Virus record (IMG/VR): IMGVR_UViG_3300044772_000008
From: a virus
Strand: one strand, 5' to 3'
DNA: 64,000 nucleotides
Shown: positions 1 through 8,520 of the stretch, piece by piece
Position numbering within the stretch: position 1 is the first letter of the stretch
Layout: the number at the start of each line of letters is the position of its first letter
Notes under the pieces: generated by a model
Seen by the model: the letters and a program-made list of their open reading frames with translations, nothing else
The model's database searches: none
Told to the model about the DNA's origin: nothing
Position numbers and translations under genes: made by a program

Positions 1-307
1 ACCCGAATGAACTGATCGTCACACCAGACGTCGGCTCGGCTGTGTAGGTCGAGGCTGCTACCGTGGTTGGTACTCCCGAGCTCAGGTCGAGCTGCAACTC
101 CGTGTTCGTGATGTTGGTCTTGGCTTCGCTGCCCGTGGTTGTCCGGTTTAGAATCCACCGGACACCCTGGGCAGCAGTTGCTGCCGTGTTGCCGATGTGG
201 ACCCCACGCACCTTCGCACGAACTGTAGCAGCGATCAGGGTGATATGGGTCTTAGGTGCGGCTGCGCCGGCGGTTTTGTCAATCGCTGCGAATGCTGCTC
301 CTGCCAC
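1..307 (-). CDS. hypothetical (probable virion-module) protein, N-terminal part only; ORF runs off the window start
   Basis: Own reading. GTG at 307 lies 6 nt after AAGGAG (rc of 314-319). Minus frame stays open to nt 1 (VAGAAFAAIDKTAGAAAPKTHITL...). Third positions are G/C-biased. Absent from the ORF track because there is no stop in the window. Confidence 0.45.
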   Translation of the reverse strand, partial: MAGAAFAAIDKTAGAAAPKTHITLIAATVRAKVRGVHIGNTAATAAQGVRWILNRTTTGSEAKTNITNTELQLDLSSGVPTTVAASTYTAEPTSGVTISSFG

Positions 308-334
308 TATTCACTCCTTTCATGGGATGCTAAC

Positions 335-850
335 TTATGGACTTGCACAGAGCACAAAGATGGTGATGGAGTTAGCTACTTGTGTTCTTGCGATGACCCT
401 GTATCGCACAGGATTTCCTTCGCCCGGGAATGGGACCAGGTGCGCCGCTACTATACCATCAACCGCAGGGTCAAAGTTAGCACCTGGAAACTCGAACCCA
501 CCCGAGATAGGAACCTCTCCTGGCAGACAGTCGATGAAGAGTGAAGTATACCCGCTGGGATCGGTTGGAACGGAGTAGCTTCTTACCTGCAGATTAGTCG
601 TCACAAAAGAACCTGTAGGTCCTGTAGCTCCTTGTGGTCCTTCTTGATTCCATTCGATCGCAGTCTCACTTGAACCACATGTTTGTCCAGCATCTGTGTC
701 AATTACGCGAAGGGCGCCACGAACGTTTGGATTGCCTGACGTGAGATAGCACCCGTGAATCACTCCACTGCTGTCGGGGATAGAAGCAACCGCTATGCCA
801 GCTGATGCTAGTATAGCACCTAAGACGACTCCAACGAGTAGCTTCTTCAT
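335..850 (-). CDS. secreted protein with signal peptide and a short collagen-like GPQGATGPTG stretch
   Basis: 171 aa with hydrophobic leader MKKLLVGVVLGAILASAGIAVA. One nt from the upstream gene 852-1232, inside the head-proximal operon. Confidence 0.7.
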   Translation of the reverse strand: MKKLLVGVVLGAILASAGIAVASIPDSSGVIHGCYLTSGNPNVRGALRVIDTDAGQTCGSSETAIEWNQEGPQGATGPTGSFVTTNLQVRSYSVPTDPSGYTSLFIDCLPGEVPISGGFEFPGANFDPAVDGIVAAHLVPFPGEGNPVRYRVIARTQVANSITIFVLCASP

Positions 851-851
851 C

Positions 852-1232
852 CTAGGCTCCTATGTTGATCGTGAGCGTCACCGTCAAGACCCAAGTCTGA
901 GTCGACGGCTTCGTTCCTAGCGATTCAACCTTGCGGCTGAACATCGTAACTGCGGCCACGGCATTGAAGTAGCCCCACTCTTCCCATGCGAAGTTTGCCT
1001 CTCCAGGTGCGAAGACCGCTCTAGCCGTGATCACGTTCGTTGCACGTGAAGGGAAGGTTGCTTCCATAGGCCGGCGAAACGTCGAACCGCCTTGAAGGTC
1101 GGTCTGTCCAGGTGCGAAAGCACCAGCTCCGTTGCCAACTCCCAAGTGGGCGTTTGCGTTGTTGAACTCTGTGATTGCCTCGCCGTTGAAGTCAGTCGCG
1201 ATGTGGTTTCGCCCTGCGTCAGTTAGAGGCAT
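852..1232 (-). CDS. hypothetical virion-module protein
   Basis: 126 aa with beta-rich A/G/T/N composition (MPLTDAGRNHIA...). Overlaps 1219-1431 by 14 nt. No nameable motif. Confidence 0.6.
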   Translation of the reverse strand: MPLTDAGRNHIATDFNGEAITEFNNANAHLGVGNGAGAFAPGQTDLQGGSTFRRPMEATFPSRATNVITARAVFAPGEANFAWEEWGYFNAVAAVTMFSRKVESLGTKPSTQTWVLTVTLTINIGA

Positions 1233-1431
1233 TGTCTACCCCTAGGATCTGTGTGTTGACTGCGAGCGAGGAGTCCATAGGTGGCGGGTTTAGAATGCGC
1301 TCGATGACCTCGCCGTTCTTGATGCGTAGGACCTCGATCGGCTTGTCACCTTCCTTGTACTCGCCTTTGTACTTCTCCAACAACACCTCCTCGTCGAAGC
1401 CGAGAGTCGAAATGTCTTCACGGTCTTTCAC
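1219..1431 (-). CDS. hypothetical small protein
   Basis: 70 aa, K/E-rich, in the same operon. AGGAGG-type sequence upstream (rc of 1435-1442). Confidence 0.5.
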   Translation of the reverse strand: MKDREDISTLGFDEEVLLEKYKGEYKEGDKPIEVLRIKNGEVIERILNPPPMDSSLAVNTQILGVDNASN

Positions 1432-1443
1432 CCTCCACCTCCT

Positions 1444-1914
1444 TTACGCGTGCTCAAGCTTCAACGTCGCACGACAGGAAACAGCTGCCGGAGCATTGCA
1501 TCGAATGACGAACCCCTCGGCCACTGCAGTGTCGGGAGTCTGGCCGAGAGAGAAGTCGTAGCTGAAGAGTCCCTTGTTTGGATCGAGTGCGAACGGTAAG
1601 GTTGATGTAACAACAGTAGGCTCAGCTATCCAGTTGAAGCCTGCTGTCCAGTCAGCCACAGTAACCCTACCATACAGTTGACGCTCTGCGCCACCTGTCG
1701 AGTTGGTACCCGGTGAGTTCGTAGCGAACGTGCAGTAGCAAAGTTCGACGAGGACGGGCTCAGCCGATGCTGTAACCCCATCGAAGTCGATCTCGAAGTA
1801 TTGCAAGTCAAGACCTACGCCCGCTCCCGCCTTGGCTCCAAGAACGCTCTTGGCAACACCGGCGGAGAGTGCGACCTCACCTTCGGTCGAACATGCGTAC
1901 CCAAGCTTGGTCAT
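1444..1914 (-). CDS. hypothetical virion-module protein
   Basis: 156 aa, tightly packed in the operon, RBS GGAGGGAGGGA upstream. No nameable motif. Confidence 0.6.
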   Translation of the reverse strand: MTKLGYACSTEGEVALSAGVAKSVLGAKAGAGVGLDLQYFEIDFDGVTASAEPVLVELCYCTFATNSPGTNSTGGAERQLYGRVTVADWTAGFNWIAEPTVVTSTLPFALDPNKGLFSYDFSLGQTPDTAVAEGFVIRCNAPAAVSCRATLKLEHA

Positions 1915-1925
1915 ATCCCTCCCTC

Positions 1926-2408
1926 CTATGCTGCCCTAAAGAGCCCGGCAACGTTGATCTGTGCCGTCAGGTCTGTGCCGTCAGTAGTAACTGTGAAGTC
2001 GTGAAACGTCCATGGAATGATGTTCGCGTCAGTACCTCCAGTGGTATCATCATCGAAGCAGACAAGCAGCTTGCCAAGTGTGTTGTTCACACCACCGCCT
2101 GCGGAGGTCCAAAGCAGGTCAGGAATGTCAAGGTCTCGTCGGTTGTTTGTGTCATCGGGTGCTGGCAAAGCTGCAAGCTCGGCATCAGTGAGGGTCTTCC
2201 TAGTATAGTTTGTGAAAGTTGCCTGGTCATTTGCTGCTGCAAGGAGTGCCGACAGGTCATCGTGGTTATTCAGTACGTCATCAGCCTCAAGTCCCGTTGC
2301 GATAAGAAGTACAACAATGAAGGCAGAGTTCGCATGGTGGTTGGACTTGACAATGCTGTACCACTCAACACCGCGGCCTTTGGCGATGTTGAAGACCCCG
2401 TCAGCCAC
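1926..2408 (-). CDS. hypothetical virion-module protein
   Basis: 160 aa. GTG start preceded by GAGGAGGTGAAGC. Follows the portal gene on the same strand. Confidence 0.65.
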   Translation of the reverse strand: MADGVFNIAKGRGVEWYSIVKSNHHANSAFIVVLLIATGLEADDVLNNHDDLSALLAAANDQATFTNYTRKTLTDAELAALPAPDDTNNRRDLDIPDLLWTSAGGGVNNTLGKLLVCFDDDTTGGTDANIIPWTFHDFTVTTDGTDLTAQINVAGLFRAA

Positions 2409-2565
2409 GCTTCACCTCCTCACGCCTTCCCGTGTTCCTCTCCTGAGCCATCCCGATGCCAACGATGGTCCCCTCTCGGACCTCGTCATGATCGTGAGGC
2501 TCCTCCCAACCCTCATGGCGATGGCTGTACTGACCGTTCTCCATCGAGTGGTTGTGATACTCCAT
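2401..2565 (-). CDS. small His-rich hypothetical protein
   Basis: Own reading (<60 aa). ATG at 2565 lies 2 nt after the portal stop, with GAAGGA upstream. Translation starts MEYHNHSMENGQYSHRHEGWEEPHDHD. Its stop overlaps the GTG start of 1926-2408. Confidence 0.4.
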   Translation of the reverse strand: MEYHNHSMENGQYSHRHEGWEEPHDHDEVREGTIVGIGMAQERNTGRREEVKRG

Positions 2566-2567
2566 CG

Positions 2568-4019
2568 TCATTCCTTCGGCCCTCCTGTTCTACTGCCCTG
2601 ACGAGAACCGTCCACGTTACCGTTCTGCTGCTGGACAATCTCGCCGGGGGCGGGCTTCTCTTCCTCTTCCACAAGTGGCCTTCCTTTCGTTATCCTTGCT
2701 TCGACGTCACGTTCTGTAACGTCATCGCCACCTAGTGGGAGGTCCATCTGGTCACGGGTCCACTGTTCGAGGTCCGGAGTAGGTGTGAGGATCCCAGGCT
2801 CCGCGAGGTTCCGCATCGCTACACTGAATGCCCTCCAGTCAGCAGCCTCACCGATACGTCGGACTCGAAGCTCTGGATATGACAAGATCTTCGATCCGTA
2901 GTTGTACCTGACGAGGTCTGGGATCGCGTCCTTGTTGATGTTCATCCGTACAATGTCAGAGACATAGCGCAGGGCCTTCATGAAGATCTCCATCTGAGAG
3001 CTACCTAGCGCCCGAGACCCTGAAGTGGTGCTTCCGAGGTTCATGAACTGCCCAAGAACGTTACGGGCAATCATGAGGTCGTGGTGCTCTGCGGACTTGA
3101 GGACGTCCACAACTCCGGTGTTCATCGCGATGAACTCAACGTCCCAACCCGGAGGCAGCGTAACGTACGCCTTCTCGTTCGTCCTTAGGTTGCGCCCAAG
3201 TTCATTGGCAAACGTCTTGTCCTCGTTTGTGAAGCCTGGAGGTAACTTGATCTTTGGGATACCGATGCCGTGGCGTTCCTTCTGAATCGCATCGACCTTG
3301 TACAGGTTCTCCTTGTAGTACCAGTGTTTGTAGGCACTACGAAGGATCGAGGTACCCTGTGGGTCTCCTCCCTCCTTGTCAAGAGTGAAGATCATCAGCT
3401 TCGGCGCTGGGATGTCTACCTGTGAAGAGAAGTTCGTTTGGCCATCGACGCGGTTGAAGACGATGTGGTTCACAGTACCGTTGCTATTGAACTCGAAGCG
3501 ATCAACGTGCACAGGGTGTCGAGGTGCGAAGGCCTCCCATCGGACTACTTCCTTCTCACGTGGACGTTGCTTCTGAGCATTCTTCCACGTGTCCATGACG
3601 AAGACCTTCTCGAATGCGTAGTACCCGTAGTCAAGCATGAGAAGGCATTCCCAAAGGAACTCGATGAAGGGCGTCCGCATGTGATTCAAGGCCCACCAAG
3701 CGAAGTCCGCGATCTCACGGTCCTGATCAGACGCAGATGCTGGCTGCATGTACCACTGTGCACTGATGATTGGTGTCTTCACCAGGCGCAGCGTGGCACG
3801 AATCTGAGCATCAGACCTACGCATTTGGTCATAGGTCTTGATACCGCGGATGCCTCGGAGCTCTGGGTTGTACTCGATGATGCCAAAGCTACCGTATGAG
3901 GTCATACCGGTAGCCCCGAGCTCTCTCAGGTTAGGCTTCTCTGCAAGCTCAGCAGTGTCTCTAGCATCTTCTATGGTCATGCGGGCTGCTGAGCCTCTGA
4001 ACCAATCCCTAATTGCCAT
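2568..4019 (-). CDS. portal protein (Mu gp29/DUF935-like by eye)
   Basis: 483 aa, immediately downstream of the large terminase. Contains KTYDQMRRSDAQIRATLRLVKTPIISAQW and GTSILRSAYKHWYYK blocks typical of this portal family. Confidence 0.85.
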   Translation of the reverse strand: MAIRDWFRGSAARMTIEDARDTAELAEKPNLRELGATGMTSYGSFGIIEYNPELRGIRGIKTYDQMRRSDAQIRATLRLVKTPIISAQWYMQPASASDQDREIADFAWWALNHMRTPFIEFLWECLLMLDYGYYAFEKVFVMDTWKNAQKQRPREKEVVRWEAFAPRHPVHVDRFEFNSNGTVNHIVFNRVDGQTNFSSQVDIPAPKLMIFTLDKEGGDPQGTSILRSAYKHWYYKENLYKVDAIQKERHGIGIPKIKLPPGFTNEDKTFANELGRNLRTNEKAYVTLPPGWDVEFIAMNTGVVDVLKSAEHHDLMIARNVLGQFMNLGSTTSGSRALGSSQMEIFMKALRYVSDIVRMNINKDAIPDLVRYNYGSKILSYPELRVRRIGEAADWRAFSVAMRNLAEPGILTPTPDLEQWTRDQMDLPLGGDDVTERDVEARITKGRPLVEEEEKPAPGEIVQQQNGNVDGSRQGSRTGGPKE

Positions 4020-4020
4020 A

Positions 4021-5493
4021 TCACCACCTCGGGATATCGTCTAGGCGGAATGCAGAATCGTCAGCCCTCGAGAAGACACCCTCACCACGACTGAAGATGC
4101 CTACTGGATCGGGCTCACGCCCGATTGCTTCGTCAGAAGTAGGCCCACCAAGGTCTCTTGACTCCATTACGTCTGAGAGGTGGTAGCGGGCCCCAAGTTC
4201 GAACAAGTGCATGATGCCATAGCGGATCGCATCCATGCAGTGGTCGTTCAGCTTCTTTGGCTCTTCCTTCTTGTTCTCTATCGCGGTTCTGGCAAGCTGC
4301 TTGGTCCGGTAGTTCTGGAACTCGAAGATGGTATTGTCACAATTGCGGTCCACGTACAGGTGTGTCTTCTGCTCACCTAGGTCGTTCAACTGCACTGCAA
4401 GGAAGTCCTTGACCTTCTTGATCCCAGTCAGCCAGTCCTTCTTGGCTTCAGGGTCACTGTAGGTAGGAGCAACCAGTCGACTCATTGTCGCAGTAGCCTT
4501 CGGGTCAGCCGAATCACCGAACCCGCAGACGATCGAGTACCCTTCAGGCTGTGGGCGTGCGTTCATGATCGCAGCATGGTCGCTGTCGATCTTCCCCGAG
4601 TCGTAGTACTCCCTCCAGATGTAGACCTCGTCTGAAGGCGAGATCTGTGCATCTAGAGCCACGAACGGGTTCTCGAATCCGTAGTCAAAGAACAGGTAGT
4701 TAGGCCACTCTGGGTTATACTGGTACTTGTCGACGATGTGGACCTCATCAGCCCACTCGGTGTAAATCTGCCCCACGAAGGATCGAAAACTAGCTCCGAT
4801 CTCCTGCCAGAAGAAAGGATCGTCCGGTGTTCGTAGCTGTCTTTGGATCTCTGGGTCATCGAATCCCTCCGGGTACACGTACGGATTCTCCCAAGCTGGG
4901 AAGTTCCAAGACTCCCAGTCCGGGTAAGCGGGGTCCTGTCCCCACTTGTAGATGTCGTAGAACCAGTTGAAGCCTTCCGGGGTACTTGGGAAGATCGCCC
5001 AGCCATGTTGGTCTGCGAGGGCAGGCGTAATGTACTTGTCCCAGACCGTAGGCGATTGTTTTGCTGCCTCGGAAACAATGACACCAGCCAACCCCTCACC
5101 AACCAGAGTATCTGGGTGCTGCGCACTCTTGACATCTACCCGAGTACCCCATGGCATCTCGATGTACATGTCACCAGTGCGAACGTTGTACGCCTTCCTC
5201 TTGATGTTGTGCCCCATCTTCAGGTTGATGATGATGTCTTCCCACAAGTACCTGAACTCCTTCTCTCCCAGTTCATAGGTCGGCCCGACGATCCAGTACC
5301 GATTTCCCCTTAGGGACAAATCGAGCATGTCTGGGAGCAACTCAGCTGCAGCCATACGGGATTTCCCGAACCGACGTCCGCACGAGGGTACCTTGAATCG
5401 TGCAGGGCTATCGTGGAACAGCTTCTGCTTCACGTGGGGCAGGTATTTGATCTTCTCCCACAGAGCCTGGGTGTCAATCATTAGTTCCACCAC
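4021..5493 (-). CDS. terL: terminase large subunit
   Basis: 490 aa. Walker A-like CGRRFGKSRMAAAE near the N-terminus, acidic nuclease-type C-terminal half, position directly upstream of the portal. Confidence 0.9.
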   Translation of the reverse strand: MVELMIDTQALWEKIKYLPHVKQKLFHDSPARFKVPSCGRRFGKSRMAAAELLPDMLDLSLRGNRYWIVGPTYELGEKEFRYLWEDIIINLKMGHNIKRKAYNVRTGDMYIEMPWGTRVDVKSAQHPDTLVGEGLAGVIVSEAAKQSPTVWDKYITPALADQHGWAIFPSTPEGFNWFYDIYKWGQDPAYPDWESWNFPAWENPYVYPEGFDDPEIQRQLRTPDDPFFWQEIGASFRSFVGQIYTEWADEVHIVDKYQYNPEWPNYLFFDYGFENPFVALDAQISPSDEVYIWREYYDSGKIDSDHAAIMNARPQPEGYSIVCGFGDSADPKATATMSRLVAPTYSDPEAKKDWLTGIKKVKDFLAVQLNDLGEQKTHLYVDRNCDNTIFEFQNYRTKQLARTAIENKKEEPKKLNDHCMDAIRYGIMHLFELGARYHLSDVMESRDLGGPTSDEAIGREPDPVGIFSRGEGVFSRADDSAFRLDDIPRW

Positions 5494-5642
5494 TTGATGA
5501 GCCAGAAGAAGACCCTCACTACCCGACCTCGGAAGTTGTCAGCAGCGCCTAGGTGTTCATACTTCAGTCCATCAGGACAAATGGGTACCTGGGTTAGGCT
5601 CGTACTGTAGGTTGTATGGGTGTTTACGTTTACCTGCATCAT
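5481..5642 (-). CDS. small hypothetical protein bridging the nuclease and terL
   Basis: Own reading (<60 aa). ATG overlaps the nuclease stop (ATGA) and its stop overlaps the terL GTG start, which suggests translational coupling. Confidence 0.35.
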   Translation of the reverse strand: MMQVNVNTHTTYSTSLTQVPICPDGLKYEHLGAADNFRGRVVRVFFWLIKWWN

Positions 5643-5947
5643 AGTAGCTCCACGAGGTTACGTCCATCGAGTAGTGTCACGTTGCAAAGTGCCCTTCCGA
5701 AACTGTCCAGCTTAGTCGACTCGACCCATACTATGGTACCGGGTGGAATCAAGGTACCCAGCAGGATCTTGGCGTCTTCGTACCCCTGCTCCCCCCTCTC
5801 GGGGGCATCAACTCCGAGTAGTCGAATGCGGCTAGGAGCACCTGTGACCTCTCTTTGCCAGACACCCCATCCAAGATCGAGGTCAGCAGCAAACGTGTCA
5901 CCATCGACAACACGTAGCACTGTCGCCTGTACGGTCCAAGTCGTCAT
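5639..5947 (-). CDS. staphylococcal-nuclease (SNase/thermonuclease)-like nuclease
   Basis: VVDGDTFAADL ... IRLLGVDAPERGEQGYEDAK ... DSFGRALCNV matches the SNase core pattern. Start refined to the ATG at 5947 (ATGA overlap with 5944-6288). Confidence 0.75.
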   Translation of the reverse strand: MTTWTVQATVLRVVDGDTFAADLDLGWGVWQREVTGAPSRIRLLGVDAPERGEQGYEDAKILLGTLIPPGTIVWVESTKLDSFGRALCNVTLLDGRNLVELL

Positions 5948-6288
5948 GCGGTCCGGAAGACACCGACGGTTAGGGAGGTCACACCGCTGTACGTCCATTC
6001 TATCAACCCGTTTGCAGGGTTGGTGAATCGTGTGGGGTCGAGCATGAATGCCCTATCGGCAGCGTTTGGAATCGAGAAGCTGATGTCAGGGTTGAATGAC
6101 AGAGCCTGTGCTGGCGAGATACTGGTTGGGTCATTGACTGTGACAACCCAAGTGCTGCCCGAGGCGTTCTTGAAGTAGAGCATGCATCGGAAGCCTGCTG
6201 GTGCGAAGGCGTCTCCCCCTCCAGCTGCTGCTGCAAACGTAGGAGTGAGGAGAGCAAAGTCAACTACCTGAACCGAGAGAGTTGCCAC
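5944..6288 (-). CDS. hypothetical protein
   Basis: 114 aa, beta-rich, coupled to the downstream nuclease gene. Confidence 0.6.
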   Translation of the reverse strand: MATLSVQVVDFALLTPTFAAAAGGGDAFAPAGFRCMLYFKNASGSTWVVTVNDPTSISPAQALSFNPDISFSIPNAADRAFMLDPTRFTNPANGLIEWTYSGVTSLTVGVFRTA

Positions 6289-6299
6289 TTACACTCCCT

Positions 6300-6623
6300 T
6301 CACGAACCTACCGGTGTTCTGTCATCGTCCCATCGAAACTGAGCCTCGCTACCGTCTGCGTTGTAGACCCTGAGTGGGAAGTGGGTCTTACACCCTGCGC
6401 AGTACGTTCCACCGTAGAACTTTGGGTTCCTGGCGTAGGTTTCAGCGATCTCTCGACCCATCGTCGTGACAGTACCGCACTTGACGTGAACGTAGCTACG
6501 CCGAACAGGACGTGCAAACCCCTTCCCGCGCTCCTCTTCAGACAGGACGAGGTAGCACTTTTGCATCCCGCTCTCTTCGATGACTACGAGGCACGGGTCG
6601 TTGGGATCAGTAGTGGTACCCAC
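6300..6623 (-). CDS. hypothetical Cys-containing (zinc-ribbon-like) protein
   Basis: 107 aa with HVKCG ... YCAGCKTHF cysteine/histidine pairs. Four nt from the upstream gene. Confidence 0.6.
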   Translation of the reverse strand: MGTTTDPNDPCLVVIEESGMQKCYLVLSEEERGKGFARPVRRSYVHVKCGTVTTMGREIAETYARNPKFYGGTYCAGCKTHFPLRVYNADGSEAQFRWDDDRTPVGS

Positions 6624-6626
6624 TAC

Positions 6627-7025
6627 TCACTCACCTGCGGCCTTGTCCTTCGTCTGGATGTCGCCGAGGAGTTCCTTCCAGGGATCGCTGAGCCCACTCT
6701 GGCCCACGGGCTTGCCAAGGTTCCACTCCAGAACGTACTTAGAGGATTCCATCCTCACACGTTCGGTCGAACCGTTCTCGGCCAGCTGGACTAGCTGCTG
6801 AGCGGCGGAAACAAGTCCATCTTTCAGGATCTGCTTGGCCGCTTCCTCAGGCGACTCAGAGGGTTTGTACCCATGAAGGGCTTCGTACACTTCGTCGTCA
6901 GATGGGATGTTGCTACTCTGTGCGAACTTTTGGTAGTCGTTGATCTGGCCATTACTACTGTCAGCGTTTGCTTCGGGTGGGGTTGTGTCCGACTGTTTTG
7001 GCTCCTGTTCCTCTGCGCTCGGCAC
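6627..7025 (-). CDS. putative terminase small subunit / DNA-packaging accessory protein
   Basis: First gene of the packaging operon. GTG start after TGAGGAGGTG. ERVRMESSKYVLEWNLGKP resembles the C-terminal block of some small terminases. The call rests on position and weak similarity only. Confidence 0.4.
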   Translation of the reverse strand: MPSAEEQEPKQSDTTPPEANADSSNGQINDYQKFAQSSNIPSDDEVYEALHGYKPSESPEEAAKQILKDGLVSAAQQLVQLAENGSTERVRMESSKYVLEWNLGKPVGQSGLSDPWKELLGDIQTKDKAAGE

Positions 7026-7070
7026 TTCCTCACCTCCTCACGGCATGCTTCACTCGTATCTTTCCTACCT

Positions 7071-7100
7071 AGTATAGCTGGAACGCTCCTTGCAAGGCAA
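7071..7100 (-). promoter_or_regulatory. sigma70-like promoter for the minus-strand packaging operon
   Basis: On the minus strand: TTGCCT-18 nt-TATACT, about 45 nt upstream of the GTG at 7025. The perfect palindrome CCTTGCAAGG (7088-7097) overlaps the -35. Confidence 0.5.
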
Positions 7101-7322
7101 GCTATGTCTCGTGGGTGTTTTCTCTAATCCCTCGGGTTACCCGTGAATTTCTCTAGGATCACGCTTCTGTTTCAGGTACCCGGGTAGCGATAGTAGGGGC
7201 AGAACCGTTTGTGTAGGGGTACCATTGAGGGGCGCCGTGGCTAGAAAGTGTTGTTGATTTCGATTTCATGTATTATGAAGTTGTTGAAGAAAGAAGAACC
7301 AAGAGGAAAGGAGGTGACTACC

Positions 7323-7526
7323 ATGAAGACGATCAGCATCTACCGTCTCGCCAAGACAGCAGGTGTGCAGCCGCAGAGCCTCTACACACAGGCGAAGCTG
7401 GGGAACCTGAAGGCCCAGAAGACCACGTGTGACCACTGCGGGCACACAGCGTGGACTGTTACGGAGACCGTCGCCCAGGAGTACCTGACCAAGCGTCAGG
7501 AGCGACTGGCGAAGAAGGACTCCTAG
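7323..7526 (+). CDS. excisionase/MerR-like HTH DNA-binding protein (paralog 1 of 6)
   Basis: Start refined to the ATG after AAGGAGGTGACTACC. ISIYRLAKTAGVQPQSLYTQAKLGNLKA matches the HTH block shared with 13669, 19307, 21392, 22484 and 27638. Confidence 0.7.
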   Translation: MKTISIYRLAKTAGVQPQSLYTQAKLGNLKAQKTTCDHCGHTAWTVTETVAQEYLTKRQERLAKKDS

Positions 7527-7592
7527 TCCAACCGTCAGGGTGAGGGTTCGGAAACGGACCCCCGCCCCGACGAGTGGAAGGAGGTGAACAAG

Positions 7593-7835
7593 ATGACGAA
7601 CAGGACCAAGCGGGCCGCCGGGGCCCTGGCCGTGGCAACCATTCTAGGGGGCTTCGGGGCAGGACGGGCAACAGCTGGTGGTGACGGACGGTCAGTCCGC
7701 TACACGACCCCTGGTGATCGATACCCGGTGATCGTGGTGGAGGGACGCCGGTGTCTCCTAGCCGAGGACAGCATCCGCCTACGGGTGGTGGACTACGACC
7801 CAGGGCTGGTGGTCTACCGGTGCATCGTGCCGTAG
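7593..7835 (+). CDS. small exported/membrane-anchored protein
   Basis: ATG 8 nt after GGAAGGAGG. N-terminal RTKRAAGALAVATILGGFGAG hydrophobic leader. Followed by a strong hairpin. Confidence 0.6.
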   Translation: MTNRTKRAAGALAVATILGGFGAGRATAGGDGRSVRYTTPGDRYPVIVVEGRRCLLAEDSIRLRVVDYDPGLVVYRCIVP

Positions 7836-7844
7836 CACCTGAAG

Positions 7845-7878
7845 AAGGGAAGCCGGTCCGAAAGGGCCGGCTTCCCTT
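7845..7878 (+). terminator. intrinsic terminator-like hairpin
   Basis: 12-bp perfect stem AAGGGAAGCCGG / CCGGCTTCCCTT directly after the stop at 7835. Downstream sequence ATGCTTTG is a weak U tract. Confidence 0.6.
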
Positions 7879-8000
7879 ATGCTTTGTGGACAATACCGGG
7901 AACACAACTTTGGAGCCCCGGAGTAATTCGGCTACATCCTGGGAACACAACTTTTGCCTATGACCCTAATTCGGCCCGGGGGGCCGGCGCGGGCGGTGGG

Positions 8001-8309
8001 CTACCCTTCTTCCACAGGGGCCGGGGGTGATGGCGGCCCCATCTTACCGGCGTTCTCTATTAGGGTCGTCCAGGCCTCTGAGACTTGGTACTCCTCGTCC
8101 TCTTCGGTCACGTCTTGAGAAGGGGTGTCCCCGGGTCCTAGACTCCGGACGTCTGCAAGACATGAGGAGCACCTGTAGCCTTGCAGTTCGTGGACCCAAG
8201 CAACTGCCCGGTTGCGGAGGCACTTACTACAGGTCCCTCCTTCAAGGCCTGCTCCGAGTGTCTTGGGGACCCCCAAGACTGCCATCATAATCTTCCGCGG
8301 GTTGGGCAT
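8001..8309 (-). CDS. zinc-ribbon protein, lone minus-strand gene in the plus-strand early region
   Basis: Start refined to the ATG at 8309 after GGAGGCGGG. CSKC ... CSSC pairs and an acidic C-terminus. Confidence 0.6.
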   Translation of the reverse strand: MPNPRKIMMAVLGVPKTLGAGLEGGTCSKCLRNRAVAWVHELQGYRCSSCLADVRSLGPGDTPSQDVTEEDEEYQVSEAWTTLIENAGKMGPPSPPAPVEEG

Positions 8310-8384
8310 CCCGCCTCCTCTCCTCTGACTACTTCTATTATAACTGGTCCCGAGGTAAAAGTCACGATCGGTCAATCGATTGGT

Positions 8385-8520
8385 AGGTCCATTTTAGATT
8401 GTGGCTTATACTACTCGAAGGATAATAAGGATAATACAAAGATACAACTCCCTTAGTATTTGTATATAAGTAATATACTATATATAACTATTCCTAAAGA
8501 ATCATAACTATAGGAAAAGG
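8385..8520. repeat. AT-rich island with short direct repeats
   Basis: Strikingly AT-rich compared with its flanks. GGATAATA occurs twice (8420-8427, 8429-8436), with multiple TATATA / ATAACTAT repeats. Lies between divergent genes. Confidence 0.7.

Noticed and set aside
63-578. 171-aa plus-strand ORF (and nested 197-544) at the window start
   Set aside because: It is antisense to two better-supported minus-strand genes (the RBS-led ORF at 1-307 and the signal-peptide gene 335-850). Its composition is Ala/Arg/Pro/Ser-rich and there is no RBS.
8001-8309. Lone leftward gene as a CI-like lysogeny repressor
   Set aside because: It has no helix-turn-helix and no peptidase S24 motif, only a zinc ribbon. 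No integrase or excision machinery is present in the window, so a lysogeny switch cannot be claimed.
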